Notes: generated from the letters alone by a model not told the origin. 64,000 bases of DNA from Octopus sinensis (GCF_006345805.1 NC_042997.1:38006001-38070000); one strand, 5' to 3'. Positions 25,682 to 37,593 are shown, counted from the first letter of the stretch. Translations and numbers: made by a program.

Positions 25682-25850
25682 CTTTCGCTACACAACCCAT
25701 CGCCATCAAATCGGCGGTGCCCTGTTGAAGTTCACGGCAAACGAACGGTAGATGTACTGTTTTACTGAAGAACACAAAGAACCGCGCCATCCGGGAATCG
25801 GAACATTAATAGATAATGCAACACGTTAAACACTGGGCCACACGCGTTCA
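25682..25850 (-). mobile_element. Putative fourth tRNA-derived SINE, degenerate
   Basis: Minus strand starts gcgtgtggcccagtg (A-box-like) ...gttccgattcccgg (B-box-like), then gtgttcttcagtaaaaca (resembles a CORE/V-type gtgtccttgagcaag block). Confidence 0.45.
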
Positions 25851-25945
25851 CAAGATGGTGTAATTAAGTAATAAAAAATGTTTAGCCTTTATCTTCTCAG
25901 AGATTTCAAAAAATTACATCTGTTTATGAAATAAAGATCATTAAA

Positions 25946-26110
25946 GGCGCAGGAGTGGCTGTGTGGTAAGTAACTTGCTTATGAACCACATGGTTCCGGG
26001 TTCAATCCCACTGCGTGGCACCTTGGGCAAGTGTCTTCTACTATAGCCTCGGGCCGAGGAAAGCCTTGTGAGTGGATTTGGTAGACGGAAACTGAAAGAG
26101 CCCATCGTTT

Positions 26111-26161
<51 letters not shown>

Positions 26162-26206
26162 ATATATATATATATATTATATATATATATATTATATATA
26201 TATATG

Positions 26207-26237
<31 letters not shown>

Positions 26238-26458
26238 TGTGTGTGTGTGTGCGTGTGTGTTTGTCCCCCCCAGCTTGACAACCGATGCCGGTGTGTTGAC
26301 GTCCCCGTCACTTAGCGGTTCGGCAAAAGAAACCGATAGAATAAGTACTAGGCTTACAAAGAATAAGTCCTGGGGTCGATTTGCTCCACTAAAGGCGGTG
26401 CTCCAGCATGGCCACAGTCAAATGACTGAAACAAGTAAAAGAGTAAAAGAGTAAAGAG
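25946..26458 (+). mobile_element. Full-length SINE family A
   Basis: GGCGCAGGAGTGGCTGTGTGG (A box), GGTTCAATCCC (B box), internal ~150-bp (TA)n(TG)n, (AAAGAGT)n tail. Confidence 0.95.
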
Positions 26459-26653
26459 TTCGTCTTCGAAGATTTATATCTACTCCAAAAATGAAATCAC
26501 GACGCCTTAGGATTGGTATGGCCGTTCTAAATTAATTATCCCCAAGTATTCACTCAGGATATTACAAATAAGGTTATATTTGTATTTCATTTTGGGATTT
26601 GGTTTGCAAGATTCTTTCTGTGAGTTCGTGCGTTGAAGCATATGTTGTTGTTT

Positions 26654-27253
26654 CTGGGGAGAGTCATTCTCTTTTAGTGCCATATAATTTAACACATTCA
26701 CCGGTAAAATTTCCACTCATCTTTCTAAAATTTTCGCTGCATCTTGCAACCTTTTCAATACTTGTTGACTCTATCCGTTATTCAAGTTGCATTATTTTTG
26801 CTTGTGTGCATGTATGTGGGTCAGTGTATGTGTGTGCATACACATGTCTGCATGTATGCATCCATGTAAGTGTATGTATGCATGTATGTATACGTCTGTG
26901 TGTGTATGTGTATACGTATGTGTATATTTCTATGTATGTATTCTGCATATTTATGTGTTTGCGTGTTTTTAAATGCGTGTGTGTTTTCGGATGCGTGTGT
27001 GTACCGCTGTGTCCTTATGTGTGCATGTCTGACACTGTGTGTATGAGTGTGTGTGTATGTATGTGTGTTGTATGGCTGTGTGTTGACTATCCGTTATTCA
27101 AGAATGCGGCTTCAATAACTGACAAAGTCAAAACTATTGAAAAGGTTGCAAGACGCAACAAAAATTTTAGAGAAATAATTAAGTAAATGATTGGAAATTT
27201 TACCGGTGAGTGTGTTAGATTATAAGGCACTAAAAGAGAATGACTCTCCCCAG
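26654..27253. mobile_element. 600-bp non-autonomous TIR element (MITE-like)
   Basis: Inverted arms 26654-26768 and 27127-27253 beginning CTGGGGAGAGTCATTCTCTTTTAGTGCC. Confidence 0.8.
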
Positions 27254-27449
27254 ACACAATGTTATATTAGTATTAATTCATTAATAATTAAATCCGTGAC
27301 ATTATTTTCTTAATAATAGAATTGTTTTCCTTCCCTCTAGTGCATCTCCTAATGCCAATAATCATGTACATATAAATTTGTGTGCGTGCGCATGTGCATG
27401 TGCGTGTTTGTGTGTGTCTATATATACATGCATGTATATATACGTACAT

Positions 27450-27516
<67 letters not shown>

Positions 27517-28605
27517 GCATAAGTGAATTGCTAACCATACTTTGCCACCACAAACCCTCATTACTTAATAGATTCTCAGATCTAATACTATCTTGTAAAC
27601 ACAGTTTTTACTCATCATTTGCATATTTTATTAAATATATGTATTCCCATAACTATAAGTATCCTTACTCAAAATTAATCCTGTGGTACGACAAGGTCAG
27701 CCTACCAACTTACTACCTCAACTAATACTATCATCATTATTATACTATTCGTTTTCATTGTTACCTTTGCAAATTTGTCTAACCCACTACCTTCCATCTC
27801 CCTTATAGCTACCCCACCCTTACAAGTGGTCTCTTCCCATTTCTCCTCCTCAACCAAAAGCACTTAACACTACTCCCACTGATTTGGATACTAACCTGTC
27901 AACTCCTACCCCTCCTTATTCACTTCCTTCTGTTCAATTTCATACACCTCTGCATGTCACTTCGTTCCCTCACCAATACCAACCCACATTTATAATCCCA
28001 CAAACCTCTGCTATTTTGACCACGAACTCTGTTCAGCCCTTCTACCCTCTCCCATACTGTTCTACATGCCTCAGTAATCTCTCTCTCTGTCGCTGAACTA
28101 GACACCTTACTTTCCTCAAATAATTACCATTCCTTCTCTCACGACCTCAACCAATAATTCTATAGTTTTCATCCCTACACTTTAACAAACTCAACACAAT
28201 AGACTACTATTCATATACTAACTATCCCACCCTCCAATTCACCTTCCTACTCCTCAACGCTATTACTACTTACTTGCTAGCCTCATTATTAAACCCTAAC
28301 ACTTCTTGAACTATCTTTTCTACTCTCACCATTCTCGTGTCTAATACACCCAACCCTCCACATTTAATCATTCTATATTTGAACTTCTCTGGATTAAGAT
28401 CTGAAATGTATGATCTTCTCGACTCTGAGGACCAAGATTCATATCATCCTATATCAAATGCATCCATGCGGGCATATATCGTGACGGTCTAAATCCACTA
28501 ACATTTTTACATATCGCCAAGCTCCCAGAAACAGCTGTTAAATTTATAATGCATTTCTTCCAACCCTTTAAATTTTTCTGCCGTTTATACTGTGTGGAAG
28601 TTGAA

Positions 28606-28654
<49 letters not shown>

Positions 28655-28783
28655 GGGTAAATGTTTTTAACTTTCCTTTGATTCCTGAATTACTACTATT
28701 TAGCGGTTTGAGTCTAACTGCTCGTTTTAGTGAGTTGAATGGCCTATTAAGGCCTTCCTTAATATTATTGTTGAATGTATATA

Positions 28784-28846
<63 letters not shown>

Positions 28847-29110
28847 CACTTATAAATTCATCATTTATCATCTGAAAGTTTCAACCTTTCGCTTTTGCAT
28901 GTATACATACATGGAATTTTATGCACTTTATATATTTAATATATTTGATGTGTCTAATTTCCTTCTCACCATAAGTACCTCTATATCCGCTCAACTTGAT
29001 CTCACTTATAGTCTTTCTTTACCTTGTAGAATTATTCCTGTAGAATGATCAGCACTACTAAGTGACATCTATACAGAGAATATGTGGATCTCATCTGTGA
29101 ACTATATATT

Positions 29111-29188
<78 letters not shown>

Positions 29189-29254
29189 GTATGTATATAT
29201 ATATATATAATATATATATATGTACGTATGTATGTATGTATGTATATATGTATA

Positions 29255-29850
29255 TGTATGTATCCCTTCCTCTTGCTCCTCCCCCCCCCTTCCCGTCGTC
29301 CACCCGCGACGATACTTCCGCCCTGACTGTCTTTTTTGGCCTGGCTTTCAAGGTAACTGGACGACATTCTTCCTGCTCTCCTGTCGTTCACAAAAAATTC
29401 TGCGTTTGCAATACTTTTTTCGTTCGGCGTCAACAGCCCTTCTTATCTTGTTTTTCCCTGTCCTGTCTTTTACTGTTATATTTTTTTACTGTTTATATTT
29501 TTTTACTGTTTATTTTTTTACTGTTAATATTTTTGTACTGTCGTTACCGTCCTGTTTTTTTTACCATTTTTTACCATTTTTTACCCCTCTGCAAAAAGAT
29601 CTCAGAATTTTAATTGATTTGCTTTTCGCAGGAAGGAAAGTTTCTTGTCGAAGATACGTCTCGCTTTTATCCTTCGAAACGTAGAGTAGATGAAACCTTA
29701 TCGACTGAAGAAGGGGTTTTTTCGTTGTGTTAATTGTCCTGTACTCCATTTTTTGCTGTTTTTAAAAAAATGTCCAGTTCCTTTGGTTTGTGTCTATGTT
29801 TTCGTTTCTCTTTGTGTTCGACGTCCCGTTGGTGTCCTGTACTCATATAT
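29255..29850 (+). mobile_element. (TA)n-embedded pyrimidine-rich element, possibly PLE terminal-repeat derived
   Basis: Contains tgtcgaaga...cgaaacgta like the hammerhead repeats, plus ctgaagaagggg; bounded by TA/TG tracts. Confidence 0.4.
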
Positions 29851-29931
29851 GCGTGTATATGTACATGTAGAGGTAGGTACGTACATATATGTTTATATAT
29901 ATGCATATGCTTTATTTCATTTATTAATATA

Positions 29932-29964
<33 letters not shown>

Positions 29965-31033
29965 CCTGGGAGACAACAATTTATAAAAAATCTGTACCAA
30001 TATGATCTCTAGATGCAACTGGCAAAAGATTTCTTTCAGGAAGCATATGCGTTTGCTTGTTTAAACGTTTTAAAGCACGATTAAATAGATTTTTAGTCCT
30101 GTTCGCAAATCATGCTTCAGTAGAAGAGAATAAGCAAATATTAGATTAAGTAATTAGATCATACGATTGAAAATAATTCGCCTTATCTAGTATAATTCTT
30201 GTATGACGAAATGTTTCCAGGATACACATAAAGCTAGCAATAAATTAACTTTCCAGATAGAGGTAACCCAAGAGACTCTATTACATTTCTTGCAGCATTT
30301 GATTGATGAAAGTATTTCCTAACAATCCCTCTTTTCATTTTCTGCATTACATAGTAACAAACATTGACAAATGAATTGCGAAATAGGCTAGACGTTTCCG
30401 TTTATTGTCTTACCACCAAAGCCATTATAATTTACTGGATGAATAACAACACTACACGATAATTATGTCGTAACATTAACAGATAGTGTTACAACACCAT
30501 ACACATGCAATAAAAATTAAACGATAATGTAGGAAAAACTGATAATTACTAAATGAAAATAACAGAATTTTTTTTTCATTATCTCTTAAACGTATTCGAA
30601 GCGGTAGCTGAAAAGAAAGCGCTCAATGTTTTATGACTATATTATATTTTGCACAGGAAATTAATTATATATTATTAATTCATTTACTAAGCATTAAATT
30701 AATCGGGAAACAACATGATATATTAATCTTTACTTTACTTCATAGAAGGATACTAATGAACTTCGGTACGCTGACTGCACAACAAAGTAATGAGAGAGTC
30801 TCCGTCTTTATTTCACTGTTGTTGCTACAAATCTGTCAAACGTTATTTTCTGTATATTATCCGCTGTTCACTCTTTCTTTAATCTATTTTCATAACACAG
30901 TCATATGAGTGAGTGTGTATGTGTGTGTGTGTTTCTACACGCGTACAAATGTACAGGGCATATGCATTCACCTCAAAAGAAACAAGCGCTCAACAGAATA
31001 CCGATGTAGTTAACAATACAATTTACCTTGTGA

Positions 31034-31118
<85 letters not shown>

Positions 31119-31184
31119 TGTATATAAGCAATAATAAATCTCAGAGCGAGTTATAAACAGTAGCTACAACACATCGTTACGCAC

Positions 31185-31478
31185 ATTTGCCATTTAAATA
31201 TGGCTAACCCCTAAGAGTGGATGCTACTGTAGTTTGTAGCCCCAGGTGGACACCTCCTCCAGCTGGCCATAGACCCATTTTCTTTGCCCTATCAGTGTTT
31301 GCAAAGGGAAGCTATCCTTCCCGTCTTCAACTTATGATACGGGAAGGATGGCTTCCCTTTGCAAACACTGATAGGGCACAGAAATTGTGTCTATGGCCAG
31401 CTGGAGGAGGTGTCTTCCTGGGGCTACAAACTTCAGTAGCATCCACCCTTAGGGGTTAGCCATATTTAAATGGCAAAT
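31185..31478. mobile_element. 294-bp near-perfect hairpin (MITE/fold-back element)
   Basis: ~140-bp arms ATTTGCCATTTAAATATGGCTAACCCCTAAG... / ...CTTAGGGGTTAGCCATATTTAAATGGCAAAT; short loop near 31325-31338. Confidence 0.85.
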
Positions 31479-31504
31479 ATACGTATATATACATACATAT
31501 ATAT

Positions 31505-31571
<67 letters not shown>

Positions 31572-32097
31572 CTTCATACTTACATGTATGTATTTTATAC
31601 ACATATACGGAGGATTCTAAACTATGAAATAGTATAAGATTATCGTCAACAGAGCATTGAAAAGATGACTAGAAACACAAAATTTGGTGAAGCTACAAGA
31701 AGAAACACTGGATACTTGAGGAAGCAAAAATAACACAGTAAGGAAATACAGGTTTCCCAGTGTGCAAATATAGCGGAAGAAATGATATAGTCGAGACAGG
31801 TATATTGAGTCCGCACTGCTCAAGATAGAAGCAACATTTTAGATCCCATTAACTTTTATAGTGGGAAGCACTTCAGTCTGCTACAGTTATTATTCGATAA
31901 TAGCCAACGAATTAAGTATTAAGATGCATACCAGCAATGAATCGACAAATGGTGTTTCTGATTCACAAGTAGTTCTTTCTAAAAAAAAAAAATTATGAAT
32001 TTCTCGCTTTCTCGCTCAAGTAGATTGGACATCTCGGAGAAGTGCGTGGTAACCGTGCTTTGACGCACTAGCGCTTCTATATAGCAAGTATATATAT

Positions 32098-32131
<34 letters not shown>

Positions 32132-32728
32132 CGCTTAGCGTCTTGCTGGTAATTAACATCATGATTTCAAGTCTTCCCCTACCCAGCTTCTTTTTTATAG
32201 ACAGTTACATATATCCAATTTGACAACTCCTAATATTTTATTTCCTCTCTGAGGAAAAGGGGTACATATGATAATATTTATGACCATACCTAGCCACGAG
32301 CTGTCATTTCACTCTTGCCCCTTATTGAAAATAAACAAGGTCTTCTAATCTTAGATTTAGTAGCTGATAAAGAGATAAATGAATTATAAACGAATTACAA
32401 TCCCTTACAGTATTATGACCCCCAATAAGCTTCAAGCGATTCTTGGAAATGTAATCTATCCGTAGCTACAATAACTACAACGTGAATTTCTTTCATCTTG
32501 TTCTCTTAAAATACTTTAGAAAAATTATATCAATGTGCCATACTTGTTAAAATTCTATTTATTTATTTATGTGGGCAGCTAAAGATAGCACTACGTTGAT
32601 GTAGTGCTATCTTCAGCTTAAATTGTTGTAAAGTTTGCATTGTGCAATTAAATGGAGCCGCTTGAAACTGCATTACAACTCGATATTATGTTGCTTATTT
32701 TGATTACATATATATATATATATCTATC

Positions 32729-32765
<37 letters not shown>

Positions 32766-33157
32766 ACCCGAATATTCAGATGAATATTTCTGCATTAAGT
32801 AACTTTTAAATAGGTTTTACATCAACCTATACACATCTTTTGCCTTGCCAATTCATATCGTGTGAATTGGCAAGGCAATTTCACACAGTGTACGTTTTCT
32901 TGAGCCAATCAGTGAAAATCGTGGGTACCTTTATTTGGATCTATGTATTCAAAATCCAAACTTTAAATATAATTGCTCAGAGAGCATTTTAGCTTTCAAT
33001 TTGTTAAGACAAGAGGTAGTGTTTTAGAAAACAAGGTTACGTTCGAGTACGTTTCGATAAAGAACTTATGCTACCTGTTTCCCCTTTGTGGAGATCCGAG
33101 AGACTAGATAAAGAAAGCTGCTCAATAATTCGTTGCATTTAAGTTAATAGTTGGAAT

Positions 33158-33557
33158 CTTCTTTATATATAAAAGTCAAGTTGTGTGTCTGTCTCCTACG
33201 ATTTAGATTCCTAACTACTCCCACATTTTGCGGTGCAGTTTAACCAAAACCGGGTATCTTATAGTCGTGATTCATATCGAGCCCTTCTGGGTATTAGCTC
33301 GCGTCTACGATGAGTCTACGATTTAAAAAAAAATTACCATAATTTTTTCCCATTTTTAATGCATTTTTTCACTATTATATAAGGGAAGTAACTCTCTAAA
33401 AATGTATACGATGAGTCAACGATTAAAAAAAAAATTACCAGCATTTTTTTCCATTTCCAATGCATTTCTTTGCTATTTTTTGGCTATAACTCTCTAAAAA
33501 TGCTTATATAGTTATTTCCCTTACAAACCCGAGCAACGCCGGGCGATACTGCTAGTT
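33158..33557 (-). mobile_element. Helentron/DINE-1-like (HINE) non-autonomous element
   Basis: Minus strand starts ACTAGCAGTATCG-CCCGGCGTTGCTCGGG (subterminal hairpin) and ends ..ttttatatataaaga..; homologous to 51913-52308. Architecture as in DINE-1/Lep1-type elements. Confidence 0.75.
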
Positions 33558-34349
33558 AATAAATAAACAATTTCTTCGTTCTCGTCATCTTTTTATTCAT
33601 AGAGCTCGCAAATCTGAATCGCCACTGTTGTTTTTAAGATGTTGAGTGGATGGAGTATAATTTGTAATATTTACTGCATTTTTGACACTAAGAAGAATCT
33701 TAAGTGTACACTACCTTACAAAAGTTATATCCACCAATCAAATGACCTTCTCTAAAAAGCATTAAACACACTATAACATATTCAGAACACTACTTCAAAA
33801 AATAATTTCCATTCTCTTTGAGCGTACAAAAGACAAAATAAGTACAACAAAATAATGTAAATTTGCCTCTTCAATTCTTTGGAATTACTTTCGAAAAAAA
33901 ACTTCTATTCATCAATATCCATTCTTAGATATCAGCAAGATCAAAAATGCAACAAGAGTTTAAAATATGTATGTGATATGAGAGACGATCGTGGCAAAGT
34001 GGCGTAGGATATGAAATTAACGGAACTCGACTAAATCTAAAAAACTCTAGATAAATATTTTCTATAGCTTCTGCACAATCTACCGGAGTGTCTCTCTTCC
34101 AGAATATATTTACTCGCCATGCACGTACTGTAACAAGAATTATTGAAATTAGCCATTTCCCATTTTGCACCACTTTAGACAGGTTTTGAAAGTTGATTAT
34201 TACCAAACTAGACAGTGTGGAGAAAATTGAACTGGAAACCAATAGAGAAAAGAATTGTCATTGTTAATCACCAAAGATTATCGAGATATTTTGTAAGCAA
34301 CCTCAATTACAATCGAGTCAAATTTGAGGAAACATTTTTTTGAAACTAA

Positions 34350-34586
34350 TGTACCTATTTCTTTATTACCCACAAGGGGCTAAACACAGAGGGGACAAAC
34401 AAGGAAAGACATAGGTATTAAGTCGATTACATCGACCCCAGTGCGTAACTGGTACTTAATTTATCGACCCTGAAAGGATGAAAGGCAAAGTCGACCTCGG
34501 CGGAATTCGAACTCACAACGTAACGCAGGCGAAATACCGCTAAGCATTTCGCCCGGCGTGCTAACGTTTCTGCCAGCTCGCCGTCG
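34350..34586 (-). mobile_element. Near full-length SINE family C
   Basis: Minus strand: cggcgagctggcagaaacgttagc (A-box-like)...gagttcgaattcc (B box)...gactttgcctttcatcctttc.gggtcgataaattaagtacc. Confidence 0.92.
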
Positions 34587-35979
34587 CAGGATTTCAAAAA
34601 CAACAACTATGCTGACTAATTTTTACCTCCAAAGATGATGCAAAAGTACAAAATGGTGATGCAATACTTTCAATTTAATGATATTAAAGAGATAGGAAAA
34701 AATAACACTAAATCAATAATTACTCATTTGTGTCCAGGCCCCCACTAAGTTAAAGTTACTGCCATATACAGATCAAGAAGGGTTACCTTCGCTCTTAAAG
34801 GTGCTGCAATATATAGATCAAGAAGGGTTACTTTCGCTCATATTCGGAAATAGACTCCAAAAAATATTAAGAACAGGAGAATATTAATGTAAAATAATTT
34901 TTATTTAAATTTTCATTTGTGCTGCAGTTAAGATGTAGGTGTGTTCGTTTATGCGTGAGTGTGTGTGTGTGTGTGTGTGTGTGTTTGTATGTATATGTGT
35001 ACGTGCCCGATAGTTAGTATCTATATATGTGTATATGAAATTTTTAATTTGATGGTGCTTCCTGTAAATTTTTGTATCCACATTATCATATTAATTTCGT
35101 CCTATAATTATGGAGAGATGATTTGCGAACTATATTATGTTTTAGACAGAGGTACCACTGAATGTTTTAACTTTAAACAGTATTCATACACTACACAAGT
35201 ATATGTGTAGTGCATATTTTATTGATGCAGGGAGGATGAAACAGCGAGGTCGAAAGGCATCCGGCAGGATTTGCACTGAGAGCGAAAATCCACCTTTGAG
35301 TGCTTCACGAACTTTTCCATCTCCAGTTAATGTTATAAATTAGTTCAGCAATGTTAATGCTCTTTCAAAATATGGAAACATTGTTGCAGATCAGTTTATA
35401 GAGTTTATCTTGCTTTAATATTTCTGTTAGGTTGACTTAAGCACCAACTGAAAATAATCTATGCAGTATGTATTCAGAATATCGCAGTGACATTCTATGT
35501 CTGGATAGATTCCTTCAAAGAATACCAGATAAGCCACCCATAATTGAATACAACTCACCCAACATGAACTCACTACTTGAACAAAACTGGATACAACTCA
35601 CCCAACAAGAACTCACTACTTGAACAAAACTTGACTTAAACAAAACTTGACTTAAACAGGATTCGAATAATCCTATCAGGTGGTGCTATTAAATTGATAT
35701 AGTGGTTGCATTGTTCAATTAAATGGAACCGCTTGAAACGGTCGTATTGTATCACATCTTGATATACTGTTGCTTATTGTAAATTTCACCTTATTTTGAG
35801 TAGTGCGGATAATACCGCATTGATCTGCTGCTTCATCTTAAGTAAATTATTCAACTGAATGTCAATTGTTTCTTAACTTGTGAACCGAACCTATATATAT
35901 ATATATGTGTGTGTGTGTGTATGTGTGTGTGTGTATGTATGTATATATATAATATATATATGTGTATATATATATATAT

Positions 35980-36156
35980 AACGGGAAGATTTATGAAAAT
36001 AAACAAAAGACGAAGGCAGGTGGAATACAAACAAACAATTGCATTAGTATGGTGCTCAGGAATATAAATAAAACAAGTCTTTTACGTTTCGAGCCTAGGC
36101 TCTTCGACAGAAAGATACACAGAAAAGAAACACGAAGAGAAACAAGGAGAGAAAAA

Positions 36157-36174
<18 letters not shown>
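35980..36174 (-). mobile_element. Hammerhead-bearing short repeat, copy TR1 (inverted)
   Basis: Reverse complement of 36821-36998 with ~4 substitutions; TA tracts on both sides. Confidence 0.88.
36078..36115 (-). ncRNA. Minimal type I hammerhead-like motif (core CUGUCGA)
   Basis: UCUUU-CUGUCGA-A-GAGC(CUAG)GCUC-GAAAC-GUA-AAAGA. Confidence 0.6.
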
Positions 36175-36253
<79 letters not shown>

Positions 36254-36522
36254 CATATATACGTATGTATATGTATATACACGTATGTATACGTGTATGT
36301 ATGTACGTGTATGTGTGTGTGTATGTGTATGTGTATTGTATCATATTTCGTGTAGGCCGAAATTGGACAGCGAGAAAAACTGTTAATTCATTGCACTGTC
36401 GGCGTCTCCGTGGTTTATGGTCATATAGTTATATATGCATTTATGTACATACACAAAGCGCGTGCAGACACGCACAAATATATATGTGTGTGTGTGTGTG
36501 TATGTGTGTATAGATATATATA

Positions 36523-36572
36523 TACGGGGACGTAAACACAGACACACAAACACACACACACACACACATTAT

Positions 36573-36606
<34 letters not shown>

Positions 36607-36786
36607 ATATATATATCCATATATACGACAGGCTTCTTTCAGTTTCCGTCTACCAAATCCACTCACAAAGCATTGGTCGGCCCCAGGCTATAGCAGAAGA
36701 CACTTGCCCAAGATGCCACGCAGTGGGAATGAACCCGGAACCATGTGGTTGGTAAGCAAGCTACTTATCACACTGCCACTCTTGCG

Positions 36787-36790
<4 letters not shown>
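36523..36790 (-). mobile_element. SINE family A 5' part (internal deletion), inside repeat unit 1
   Basis: Head ..ggcgcaagagtggcagtgtgataag; deletion at an aaacac microhomology. Confidence 0.9.
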
Positions 36791-36820
<30 letters not shown>

Positions 36821-36824
<4 letters not shown>

Positions 36825-36998
36825 TTCTCTCCTTGTTTCTCTCCGTGTTTCTTTTCTGTGTATCTTTCTGTCGAAGAGCGTAGGCTCGAAACGTAAAAGA
36901 CTTGTTTTATTTATATTCCTGAGCGTCATACTAATGCAATTGTTTGTTTGTATTCCACCTGCCTTCGTCTTTTGTTTATTTTCATAAATCTTCCCGTT
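36821..36998 (+). mobile_element. Hammerhead-bearing short repeat, copy TR2
   Basis: Apparently identical to 37619-37796. Confidence 0.88.
36863..36900 (+). ncRNA. Minimal type I hammerhead-like motif (core CUGUCGA)
   Basis: Stem I UCUUU/AAAGA, stem II GAGC/GCUC, GAAAC, palindromic stem III ACGU, GUA cleavage triplet at 36893-36895. Confidence 0.6.
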
Positions 36999-37330
36999 AT
37001 ATATATATATAATATATATATATATAGATATATATATATATATCTATATATATATATATATACATATATACGTATGTATATGTATATACACGTATGTATA
37101 CGTGTATGTATGTACGTGTATGTGTGTGTGTATGTGTATGTGTATTGTATCATATTTCGTGTAGGCCGAAATTGGACAGCGAGAAAAACTGTTAATTCAT
37201 TGCACTGTCGGCGTCTCCGTGGTTTATGGTCATATAGTTATATATGCATTTATGTACATACACAAAGCGCGTGCAGACACGCACAAATATATATGTGTGT
37301 GTGTGTGTATGTGTGTATAGATATATATAT

Positions 37331-37389
37331 ACGGGGACGTAAACACAGACACACAAACACACACATACACACACATTTATATATATTAT

Positions 37390-37420
<31 letters not shown>

Positions 37421-37593
37421 CCATATATACGACAGGCTTCTTTCAGTTTCCGTCTACCAAATCCACTCACAAAGCATTGGTCGGCCCCAGGCTATAGCAG
37501 AAGACACTTGCCCAAGATGCCACGCAGTGGGAATGAACCCGGAACCATGTGGTTGGTAAGCAAGCTACTTATCACACTGCCACTCTTGCGCCT
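37331..37593 (-). mobile_element. SINE family A 5' part, inside repeat unit 2
   Basis: Duplicate of 36523-36790 with the same deletion. Confidence 0.9.

Noticed and set aside
28650-28780. Hammerhead in the ~130-bp TA-embedded insert (minus strand GAG..CUC-AAAC)
   Set aside because: Both core segments are too degenerate to support the call.
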